From IMG/VR virus record IMGVR_UViG_3300025121_000011, positions 1 to 64,000 of that record: a stretch of DNA of 64,000 bases, one strand, 5' to 3'. The notes beneath the pieces were generated by a model that worked only from the letters and a program-made list of their open reading frames with translations, did no database searches and was not told the origin of the DNA. This document shows positions 36,113 to 44,454 of this stretch, piece after piece; the stretch's first letter is position 1, and the number at the start of each line of letters is the position of its first letter. The translations under genes and the position numbers were made by a program.

Positions 36113-37171
36113 ATGAATGCAGAGCAAACGAAAGACATTCTGAAGATGTTTCCAACTCGTTTTTCTATTATGTTGCGTGCCAAACACGGAGTTGGCAAAT
36201 CTTCTGTAGTAAAACAAGCTGCTGATGAAATGGGCGTCGGATTTTATGACGTTCGCTTATCACAGTGTGAGGTCGGTGACATTAAAGGTCTACCATTTTT
36301 AAATACAGAGGAAAAGCGAACCGAATTCGCTAAGCCTTATTGGTGGCCACGCGATCCAGATTCTTCAGGAATTTTATTTTTTGATGAGCTTAACCGTGCG
36401 TCAAAAGATGTATTGCAGGCAGTTTTTGAAATTTGTCTTGATAAACGCTTAGACGGCGAAAATCTTCCGGTTGGCTGGCGAGTTGTTACAGCGGTTAATG
36501 CTGACGACGAATATGATGTTGTTGAATTAGACCCAGCGCTTCTTGATCGATGGTTTATCATTGATTTTGATCCATCACACAAGGAGTGGTTACAGTGGGC
36601 TTCCAATAATGAAGTTAGTGAAGAGGTATGTGAATTTATTCGCTCGCATCCAAACGCATTAGATCCGCCCATTGGAAACCTGGAAGCTGGCCGTATTTAT
36701 CCTTCTCGGAGGAGCTGGGTTGCTTGTGATTTGTCTCTCAAATCTTTGGGCCTTTACAATGCCGGAGCTAATGATGGAACTTTAACACAAGTAGTTAAGG
36801 GATGGCTGGGCTCTGAAATTGCGGCAATGTTTCAAAAGTTTGTGCAGAATGAATTTTCTCGACTTCGAGCATCTGATATCTTAGACAAGTGGGAGAAAGT
36901 TAAGGACCGAGTAGAAGGTGCCTGTGCAGATATTGAGGTAATTTCTGCTCATGCTAATGCTGTAATGCAAGAGCTTAAGCGCAGAACCGCCAAAGATATT
37001 GGGGATATTCAAAAGGAAGCAATAAAGCAGTTTTTCCTTATGCTACCTTCTGATGTTGCATCTAGTATTTGGGTAGAATTGCTTAATGACTCTAAAACTA
37101 AACGTATTGTAGCAACTTGGCGTAGTGATCCAGAAATGTCGGAGAAACTACACAAGATTTACTTAAAATAA
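36113..37171 (+). CDS. MoxR-type AAA+ ATPase
   Basis: HGVGKS Walker A; LFFDELNR Walker B; LDPALLDRW; PSRRSW. Confidence 0.9.
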   Translation: MNAEQTKDILKMFPTRFSIMLRAKHGVGKSSVVKQAADEMGVGFYDVRLSQCEVGDIKGLPFLNTEEKRTEFAKPYWWPRDPDSSGILFFDELNRASKDVLQAVFEICLDKRLDGENLPVGWRVVTAVNADDEYDVVELDPALLDRWFIIDFDPSHKEWLQWASNNEVSEEVCEFIRSHPNALDPPIGNLEAGRIYPSRRSWVACDLSLKSLGLYNAGANDGTLTQVVKGWLGSEIAAMFQKFVQNEFSRLRASDILDKWEKVKDRVEGACADIEVISAHANAVMQELKRRTAKDIGDIQKEAIKQFFLMLPSDVASSIWVELLNDSKTKRIVATWRSDPEMSEKLHKIYLK

Positions 37172-37196
37172 TTTTTCTTGAAAAGAGGGTTTATAT

Positions 37197-38351
37197 ATGG
37201 CTACAATTACAGACAGACCAGCGAGAGAGCGCCTTGATAGCGCAATTTCTAAACTGGTATGCTTTAGACCACTTTTTGGTACGGTATTTTTATTTTTAAA
37301 TAAAGTAGAATGTTTTGATATGCCAACAATGGCAGTAGGTGTTACCAGAAGAGTGGATTTAGCTTTGTATTACAATCCAAATTTTGTTGCAAAGTTAACT
37401 TCTGATGAATTAAAAGCAGTATTGATTCATGAATCTTTACACGTACTTTTGCATCACATTACTCGTGCGACTCACTTTGACTACAATATGAAGGGTTATA
37501 ATATTGCAGCAGATATGGCTATTAATTGCAATGTTGTAAATCTTCCAGAGGGTGCGCTTTATCCTAAGTCTTTTAATTTCCCTGATTTCGAATCGTCAGA
37601 ATGGTATTATGAAAGCTTAAGTAAAGAGGCTGAGAAAAATGGTGGAACGATAGAATCTAACGCTTCTGGAAAGGGAGATTTAGTTGATGATCACTCAAAG
37701 TGGGGTGATTGTGAAGAGGATGTAATTAAAGAAAAAGTTAGAGGTATTGCAGATCGAGCTATTAAAGAACAAGAGAAGCGAGGATGGGGTGATATTCCTG
37801 GTAAAATTGCGCAGCAAGTAATTGCAGCAAATAAGCCAATAGTAAATTGGAAGAAAGAAGTTAGATACTTTATAAACAAACTGGTGTTGGCTGGGCGCCA
37901 TAATACAAGAATGCGTCCAAATAGACGATATGGTTATGTAAACCCGGGAAGTAAGAGAGATTTTACGAGTCGTCTTCTTATCGGAATAGATACTTCAGGG
38001 TCAGTATCGGATAAAGATTTATCATTATTCTTAGATGAAATTAATGGAATGATTGAACACGTTAAGTGTGACTTAATCTTTTTTGATACTCAAATATATG
38101 GCGAACCAAAACCATTTGACAAAAAAGCTAAAAAGCTTGATATCATGGGTCGAGGTGGTACCGCATTTGGTCCGATCTGTACTTTGGTAGATGAATTATC
38201 TTATGATGGTTTGATTATCATGACAGATGGTTATGCACCTTTCCCAGCTAAACCAAAGGCTAGAACATTATGGTGTTTATGTCCAGCCGGAGAATCTGTT
38301 CACCCACCTTTTGGAAAGCGGGTAGTTATCGATTTAAAGAAACGGGACTGA
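37197..38351 (+). CDS. Metallopeptidase-like + VWA domain protein (DUF2201-like), partner of the AAA ATPase
   Basis: HESLH, NIAADMAIN, IDTSGS MIDAS, GRGGT, MTDGY. Confidence 0.88.
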   Translation: MATITDRPARERLDSAISKLVCFRPLFGTVFLFLNKVECFDMPTMAVGVTRRVDLALYYNPNFVAKLTSDELKAVLIHESLHVLLHHITRATHFDYNMKGYNIAADMAINCNVVNLPEGALYPKSFNFPDFESSEWYYESLSKEAEKNGGTIESNASGKGDLVDDHSKWGDCEEDVIKEKVRGIADRAIKEQEKRGWGDIPGKIAQQVIAANKPIVNWKKEVRYFINKLVLAGRHNTRMRPNRRYGYVNPGSKRDFTSRLLIGIDTSGSVSDKDLSLFLDEINGMIEHVKCDLIFFDTQIYGEPKPFDKKAKKLDIMGRGGTAFGPICTLVDELSYDGLIIMTDGYAPFPAKPKARTLWCLCPAGESVHPPFGKRVVIDLKKRD

Positions 38352-38360
38352 CGCTAATTT

Positions 38361-38398
38361 AAAAAGCAGATATTCTTTTGAAGCATATCTGCTTTTTT
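38361..38398 (+). terminator. Intrinsic (possibly bidirectional) terminator
   Basis: AAAAAGCAGATAT ... ATATCTGCTTTTTT inverted repeat. Confidence 0.8.
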
Positions 38399-38467
38399 AC
38401 TTTTGGATGCAAAAATTTTTCTAGTTTGGGTACAAAAAATTAATACAAATAACTTAAGGAGCCTTTA

Positions 38468-39664
38468 ATGATACACATATTTAATCGAGTTTCTAGCAGG
38501 ATGGCTACTGTTTCGGTTGCATTAGATGCTGGTGCAAGATCTGAAGGTGATACATTTTCACTTGGATTGGCACATATGATGGAACATATGTGTTTTAAAG
38601 GAACAAAAACTAGAAACTGGCAGGAAATTAATAGACAAATTGCTTTTATTGGTGGACATGCCAATGCCTATACTTCCCACGAATTGGTATGTTATTACGT
38701 TAGCGTGCCAGTTGAAAATTTAGAAAGTGCAATAGAAATTTTAGCAGATCAGGTTTTTAATTCTACATTGCCAGAAGAAGAGTTTATTAAAGAGTGGGAA
38801 GTTGTAAAACAAGAAGAGATTGGTCAAGCTGATGATCCGACTAATGGCTTGTTCAAAGAGCTTGGTGAAAGGGTAATGCCTGGTAGATTGGCTAATCCAA
38901 TAATTGGTACAAAAGAAAGTATTGAAGGTTTTTCTATTGAGGAACTTCGAAAGTTTTATAAACAAATATATAAACCATCTAACATGATTGTATCTTTAGC
39001 GGCTAATTGTTCAAAACGAGACGCAAAAAAAATGTTGGTTAAGTATTTTGGAAAACAAACAAAATTTGCATTGAGTGCCCCAGTTTATAAACCAGTTGAA
39101 ATTAAAAGTAATAGAGTTGTTGTTAATAAGGACGGTTTGGAGCACGTGTATGCATGTGTGTGTATGCCTGGAATTAATATATCTGATTCAAGAGATAATG
39201 CTTTAGGTATTGCTGAGCATATCTTGGGAGGAGGTATGGACAGTCGATTGTTTGAAGAAATTAGAGAAAAGTTGGGATTGGTGTATGCTATTAGTACTAG
39301 TTCTACATCATATAGGGAAGCTGGATATGTATTAATTTATTTTCAAACTGAAGAAGATAAAGTTGAACAAGTGATTGAAGTAATCAACCAAGAATTGAAT
39401 AAAATAACCACTGAAGAGATTACTGAAGAAGAATTAATACGAGCCAAAAACTCTATTAAATCTATGGTATATTCTATGCAGGATAGCACTATGGGTATGG
39501 CTCAAGATAGTTTGAGACGCAGTATGTTTAATCAACCTTCTTTGAAAATGGATATGGAGGAGTTTGATAAAGTAACCATAGCTGATGTCTTAAGTGTTGC
39601 TAAAGCTATGTTTACATCAGATAAACAATTAGTGATAATTTGTAAAGATGACCAAACAATTTAG
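38468..39664 (+). CDS. M16 family zinc peptidase
   Basis: GLAHMMEHMCFKGT (HxxEH), NAYTS, LGGGMDSRLFEEIREKLGLVY. Confidence 0.93.
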   Translation: MIHIFNRVSSRMATVSVALDAGARSEGDTFSLGLAHMMEHMCFKGTKTRNWQEINRQIAFIGGHANAYTSHELVCYYVSVPVENLESAIEILADQVFNSTLPEEEFIKEWEVVKQEEIGQADDPTNGLFKELGERVMPGRLANPIIGTKESIEGFSIEELRKFYKQIYKPSNMIVSLAANCSKRDAKKMLVKYFGKQTKFALSAPVYKPVEIKSNRVVVNKDGLEHVYACVCMPGINISDSRDNALGIAEHILGGGMDSRLFEEIREKLGLVYAISTSSTSYREAGYVLIYFQTEEDKVEQVIEVINQELNKITTEEITEEELIRAKNSIKSMVYSMQDSTMGMAQDSLRRSMFNQPSLKMDMEEFDKVTIADVLSVAKAMFTSDKQLVIICKDDQTI

Positions 39665-39672
39665 AGGAATTT

Positions 39673-39930
39673 TTGAAAAAAAATTTAAAATCAAGAAAAT
39701 TTGTAAAAGCAGGAACAGTCTTTTTTTATCGCTCTCCTTATTCAAAAGTTATTGTTAAAATAGAGGTAAAAACCGATGCTTATTCTAGCTCTCGGTGGAT
39801 TAATAAAATTGATGATGATCAAGAATATTATGTTTATAATGGAAATAATTGCGTATCTAAGGAAGCAGCGCCAGCTCGGGTTATTAAAAGCTGGTTTGAT
39901 AATAAATATTTAGGTATTTACTGGATTTAA
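39673..39930 (+). CDS. Small hypothetical protein (paralog of next gene)
   Basis: TVF...KI.V...I..WFD..L pattern shared with 39932. Confidence 0.6.
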   Translation: MKKNLKSRKFVKAGTVFFYRSPYSKVIVKIEVKTDAYSSSRWINKIDDDQEYYVYNGNNCVSKEAAPARVIKSWFDNKYLGIYWI

Positions 39931-39931
39931 G

Positions 39932-40165
39932 GTGAATTATATTTCTAAAAATACTGTATTTTGGATGAATAATTATAATGGGTCTATTTTGAAAATTAAA
40001 GTGTTAAGCAATCCAGAAAATGATTCAGAGAATAATTTAATACAATTAATACAATTATATTCTTGGTCAGACGAGACAACTATAAAAACACATTATACAT
40101 TTGTATCTGCAATTAATAATTGGTTTGATCATAGGTTTTTGGATATGGATATATTAGAAGAATAG
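39932..40165 (+). CDS. Small hypothetical protein (paralog of previous gene)
   Basis: Same pattern as 39673. Confidence 0.6.
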   Translation: MNYISKNTVFWMNNYNGSILKIKVLSNPENDSENNLIQLIQLYSWSDETTIKTHYTFVSAINNWFDHRFLDMDILEE

Positions 40166-40219
40166 TAAATTTTAATTAATCATTTATTTGAAAAAAAGAT
40201 TTTTAGAGGTACATATATA

Positions 40220-40552
40220 ATGTTTAAGAAACATGAAATTAAATTCAAAGCTCATACACTTTATTTGGAAAATTACATAGATATTGGAAATGGACTATAT
40301 AAATGTGGTTGCGGAATAATATTTTCATCATTATGGAATGCCAAACTATTTCCAGAATGTCCACGGTGTAAAACTGAAAATACTTTGGTTAAATCAATTG
40401 AAGATATTTCTGCACTTATGATAGAATATAATTTGACAAAACATTTTGAACCCATTATTAGAGAAATGAGTATAGCTCTTCCGGGGTATGATTTATTTGA
40501 TGAGGAAAAGTTTCCAAAATTAAATCAAGTTTTTAAGAAATTAAAAGAGTAA
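40220..40552 (+). CDS. Zn-ribbon-like hypothetical protein
   Basis: YKCGCG...ECPRC. Confidence 0.65.
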   Translation: MFKKHEIKFKAHTLYLENYIDIGNGLYKCGCGIIFSSLWNAKLFPECPRCKTENTLVKSIEDISALMIEYNLTKHFEPIIREMSIALPGYDLFDEEKFPKLNQVFKKLKE

Positions 40553-40563
40553 ATTTAATAGAT

Positions 40564-40729
40564 ATGAGTGCTTCCGAAGATGATGCAGAAGCTGAAGTTG
40601 AATATATATATATATTCTCGATACGAGCGAGATTCATCTGGAGATTATTATACAATATATGGTAAAAGATATGTCTGGTATGAGATTATAGATCTCAGAG
40701 AATGGATTTTTAAAAAGGAGGAGGAGTAA
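40564..40729 (+). pseudogene. Small gene remnant frameshifted at an (AT)7 tract
   Basis: MSASEDDAEAEVE in one frame; after (AT)7 at 40602-40615 the +1 frame reads YSRYERDSSG...WYEIIDLREWIFKKEEE*. Confidence 0.35.
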
Positions 40730-40734
40730 AATAA

Positions 40735-40932
40735 ATGACAAAAGCACAACAAAATATTATTAATAAGGTAGTTTCTATAATAACTTCAGAAGTCTATAGA
40801 AAATATAAAGATGCAGATCCCGCAGAATTATCTTCGGAAATGCATGCTATACAAGACTACCTTGGTAATTTTAATATTAATGGAAAAGAAGTAGTCTATC
40901 CAGATAAAACAACCTGGAGGATGGATGAGTGA
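40735..40932 (+). CDS. Small hypothetical protein
   Basis: GGAGGAG RBS. Confidence 0.6.
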   Translation: MTKAQQNIINKVVSIITSEVYRKYKDADPAELSSEMHAIQDYLGNFNINGKEVVYPDKTTWRMDE

Positions 40933-41827
40933 GAAAATAGGAGAAGAAATTCAAGTATTAGATAATGGATTTGTAAGCCTGGTTGATTTTTTCGGATCTG
41001 ATTCGGAAATTGTCCGGGCTGCTCGTGTTTCTTATGCTCAAGGAACAAAAATAGTTAGTGAGGATGAAGAATTAATTCGTTATCTTATGCGATATGAGCA
41101 TTACAGCCCATTTGCTATGGCTCAGGTTAAATTTCATATTAGATTGCCGATTTTTGTACACAACCAGTGGGTCCGTCATGACAGACTTCATTGGAATCTG
41201 ATTTCAGCAAGGTATTCAATAATGCCAAAAGAAAAATGGTTAAGCAAATCATCTTGGCGTGCTCCTAGCTCTAGTAATAAGCAGGCGGGAGAAAAACTTA
41301 TAGATTCTTCTTTAACGGATGTTTGGCGAGATTTAGATTATATTCCCACTACCATGAATCCAGATACACCTACACAAGCGTATCTGGATGAACTTCAGAC
41401 AAATAGTTATCACAGTTCTGAGTCTGCATATCAACGTCTTATAAGAACGGGCGTATGTCGGGAGCAGGCCCGTTCTGTGTTGCCTATGGGTCAGTATACG
41501 GAGGCGTTTGTTACGGCAAATCTTGGGGATTGGATGCTTTTCTTAAGAAAAAGGTTGGATAGCCATGCTCAAAAAGAAATTCAAGAATATGCCGGTGTCA
41601 TTTTTGCAATATTAAATGACATTTTTCCCGTTTCAATGAAGGCATTTGTTGATTACCAGCAAAATGCTAGAATTTTTTCTAGATGTGAGATGAATATTTT
41701 GCTTGAAGTGCTAAACTCTGGTGTGAAGATTTTTGATTTATCTTCTGATGATCGCGTAAAATTATTGGAGAAGCATGGTCTCAAATCTAAACGTGAGAGG
41801 ATAGAGTTTTTCAGTAAGCTGAAATAA
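40925..41827 (+). CDS. thyX: Flavin-dependent thymidylate synthase
   Basis: IVRAARVSY, H.SPF, PIFV..QWVRH, N.ISARY, REQARSVLP, HAQKEIQEYA. Confidence 0.93.
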   Translation: MSEKIGEEIQVLDNGFVSLVDFFGSDSEIVRAARVSYAQGTKIVSEDEELIRYLMRYEHYSPFAMAQVKFHIRLPIFVHNQWVRHDRLHWNLISARYSIMPKEKWLSKSSWRAPSSSNKQAGEKLIDSSLTDVWRDLDYIPTTMNPDTPTQAYLDELQTNSYHSSESAYQRLIRTGVCREQARSVLPMGQYTEAFVTANLGDWMLFLRKRLDSHAQKEIQEYAGVIFAILNDIFPVSMKAFVDYQQNARIFSRCEMNILLEVLNSGVKIFDLSSDDRVKLLEKHGLKSKRERIEFFSKLK

Positions 41828-41865
41828 ATTTTAATTCTCTTATTTATTGGAGAAAGATAAATTAA

Positions 41866-42363
41866 ATGAGAGAATTATTACAATCAATGAAACAGAATTT
41901 TAAACAAAATATCAAAAAAATTGGAAAAAAGTTTTTAAACAGGTATCTTGATTTTGGTGCGTATATAGAGGACTCTTTGCACATAGAGGGTGAAGCCGAG
42001 TCAGAAGAAATAGATTTAGAACCATTGCAAGAGTACATGAGCGAATATATTGGAATGATGGTTTTAGGAATTAAAGGCTTTAGTAAAGATATAGTATTTA
42101 AAGATTTAGAAACAATACGCTTTAAAACAGTTTCGGATTGTCGTTTGGTAAAAGATTCTATAGAGTTGCACTTGTCGCATCCAAATGGAAAGCCATCGGG
42201 ATATATAAGAATATCTCCAAGTAAACATGGATCTTTTGCAGAAAGAGACCCTGGAGCAATTCCTGTCTGGTCATCTAGATATCGTATTCTTTTTTATGGT
42301 GGAGATACTTTGGAATATTTAGATCCAGAAAAACAAGGAAGTATTGAATATATTAAGGGGTGA
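41866..42363 (+). CDS. Hypothetical protein
   Basis: GGAGA RBS; 165 aa. Confidence 0.65.
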   Translation: MRELLQSMKQNFKQNIKKIGKKFLNRYLDFGAYIEDSLHIEGEAESEEIDLEPLQEYMSEYIGMMVLGIKGFSKDIVFKDLETIRFKTVSDCRLVKDSIELHLSHPNGKPSGYIRISPSKHGSFAERDPGAIPVWSSRYRILFYGGDTLEYLDPEKQGSIEYIKG

Positions 42364-42707
42364 TAATGAATATTGTAACTTTAGTATTGTTTGTACTAAT
42401 TGGCACCGGTATCACTAATATAGTGGTCAATGCAGCCATCCTTGATTTTGTAAGAGGTTTTATAGTTTCAAATGCGTATAAGATAAACAAATCATTTGGG
42501 AAGATTATAGAATACTTATTAGGATGTATGATGTGTTCCGGTTTTTGGATTGGAGTTTTATTTTCTATATTTTTTCCAATTAATATCATTAGTGCAGGTG
42601 CAATAATCAGTCTATCTAGTCATTTTTATAATACATTGATTATTGGATTAGAAGGATTATCAAATTTATCAAAGATTGTAGTTGTAGAAGATGTTGAGGA
42701 AGATTGA
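42360..42707 (+). CDS. Membrane protein with CxxC (DUF1360-like)
   Basis: LLGCMMCSGFWIG motif; TM helices. Confidence 0.7.
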   Translation: MIMNIVTLVLFVLIGTGITNIVVNAAILDFVRGFIVSNAYKINKSFGKIIEYLLGCMMCSGFWIGVLFSIFFPINIISAGAIISLSSHFYNTLIIGLEGLSNLSKIVVVEDVEED

Positions 42708-43192
42708 TGAAAAAAAATTATTCTAGGTTTTCGTTACCAGGTCGAATTATAGATATGTTATATTGTGATGATGAATTTTATAGATATGTTTTAAAAGATA
42801 AAAAAGCAAAGGAACATGCTTTTCCAAAGTATAATACTTGGAGAGATTCTGATGGATTTCATATGGTTTTTGCCCTCGCTGGATATTCTGCTTCAGATAT
42901 AAAGGTAGAGGCTTCTGGATCAGAGTTAATAATAAGTAGTCTTGGTGCCCAAGATGATGAATCAATATCCTTTGCAGATGCACCGGAAAATGCAAAGTCA
43001 AGTGTGCAGCGAGGCTATATCGTAAGGGGTATAGCAAGAAGAAAATTTTTAATTAATTTTCAAATAAGTAATAACTTTAGCATTACTAATGCTACGGCGC
43101 AGATGAAGGATGGAGAATTACATATTTCTATTCCAGAGTCAGATAATGTTACTACCACCATTAAAATTAAATATGTATCAAGTGGGGAATAA
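42707..43192 (+). CDS. Small heat-shock protein (Hsp20/IbpA-like)
   Basis: FPKYN, FALAGYS..DIKVE, RGIARRKF, A.MKDGELHI. Confidence 0.88.
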   Translation: MKKNYSRFSLPGRIIDMLYCDDEFYRYVLKDKKAKEHAFPKYNTWRDSDGFHMVFALAGYSASDIKVEASGSELIISSLGAQDDESISFADAPENAKSSVQRGYIVRGIARRKFLINFQISNNFSITNATAQMKDGELHISIPESDNVTTTIKIKYVSSGE

Positions 43193-43193
43193 T

Positions 43194-43439
43194 ATGGAAT
43201 TTAAAGATTTTGTAAAAGAATTGGTATGCTCTATTATAGATGATACAGAGAATATCCTTATAGAAGAGATTATTAGTGATGAGGGTGTTTTATATAGAAT
43301 AACTGTTTCTAAAGAAGATGTTGGTAAGTTAATTGGAAAGGGCGGCAGAATTGCTTCTGCCCTTCGGACGGTACTTAAAGCCGCTGGAGCTAAACAGGGG
43401 ATTAGAATTTCCATAAATGTTATGAATACCTCTTTATAA
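43194..43439 (+). CDS. khpA: KH-domain RNA-binding protein (KhpA/YlqC family)
   Basis: V.KEDVGKLIGKGGRIASALRTVL; 81 aa. Confidence 0.88.
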   Translation: MEFKDFVKELVCSIIDDTENILIEEIISDEGVLYRITVSKEDVGKLIGKGGRIASALRTVLKAAGAKQGIRISINVMNTSL

Positions 43440-43451
43440 AATGAGCGCAAA

Positions 43452-43700
43452 ATGGATAATTTTATGAAAGATAAAGATGACGAAGAGAATGATGATTCTA
43501 TGCAATATATAGAATATCCAAAAGATGCCATAATTGAAAAAATAAAAAAATTATATGCAAATTATGATATAGATATTGCAGATATGTCAGAGGATGAATT
43601 TTTACGCATTAGAGATCAATATATTAAAAACCCGAAAGGTTCTTTGGATGCTGATTTGGAAATATCTCGAAAACATCGAACATCTGATATAGATGAATGA
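43452..43700 (+). CDS. Small acidic hypothetical protein
   Basis: 82-aa ORF. Confidence 0.6.
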   Translation: MDNFMKDKDDEENDDSMQYIEYPKDAIIEKIKKLYANYDIDIADMSEDEFLRIRDQYIKNPKGSLDADLEISRKHRTSDIDE

Positions 43701-43720
43701 ATTTATGACATGGGGTTTAA

Positions 43721-44134
43721 ATGGAACAAAAAAGATGTCATAAATGCAATCAACTTAAAGATGAAATAGATTTTTCCAAATGCGGTTCGGGAAAAAGGCG
43801 CACAGTATGTAAGTCATGTTATAATAAAAGAGCTAGAAAGTTAGAATCAAAGCCGGAGTCAAGATATAAGGAGTATAGGCGTTCTGCTAAGCGAAGAAAT
43901 TTATCTTTTGATTTAACTCTAACTCAATTTAAAAAGTTTGAAGAAAAACCGTGTAGATATTGTGGACAACAAGTGCGTCCTATTAGTTTAGATAGAATAG
44001 ATAATGACATTGGTTATGTTATAGATAATGTAGACTCATGCTGTTATCGTTGTAATACCTTAAAGCATGTTTTTGATGAAATAGATTTCTTAAAACATAT
44101 TTCTGAGGTCAGCTCTTTCCAAAAAAATAAATGA
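43721..44134 (+). CDS. HNH-type endonuclease with Zn-finger
   Basis: CxxC pairs; CRYCG...LDRIDNDIGY..DNV..CC..CN. Confidence 0.82.
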   Translation: MEQKRCHKCNQLKDEIDFSKCGSGKRRTVCKSCYNKRARKLESKPESRYKEYRRSAKRRNLSFDLTLTQFKKFEEKPCRYCGQQVRPISLDRIDNDIGYVIDNVDSCCYRCNTLKHVFDEIDFLKHISEVSSFQKNK

Positions 44135-44143
44135 GTTTAAAAT

Positions 44144-44449
44144 ATGAATAAAAAAACATTAGCTAAGGAATTATCAAGACGAACATTAATGACTCAGAAA
44201 GAAGCAATACAAATTGTGAATGAGTTATTTGAAATTATATTAGAAGAAATAAAAGATGGGGACGAAGTGTCTGTTGTAGGATTTGGAAAGTTTTATGCAT
44301 ACGAACACGCAGAGAGACCTGTCAGAAACCCAAAGACACAAGAAAGTATATTGTTAAATCCATATAGGTCATTGCGGTTTAAAACCAGTAATGTAGTTAA
44401 AAAACTACTAAAAAACAAGTCTTATAGTGGAGACTCCAATCCGCTATAG
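44144..44449 (+). CDS. HU/IHF family DNA-binding protein
   Basis: MNKKTL, V.VVGFGKF, RPVRNPKT, LRFK. Confidence 0.92.
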   Translation: MNKKTLAKELSRRTLMTQKEAIQIVNELFEIILEEIKDGDEVSVVGFGKFYAYEHAERPVRNPKTQESILLNPYRSLRFKTSNVVKKLLKNKSYSGDSNPL

Positions 44450-44454
44450 GAGAT

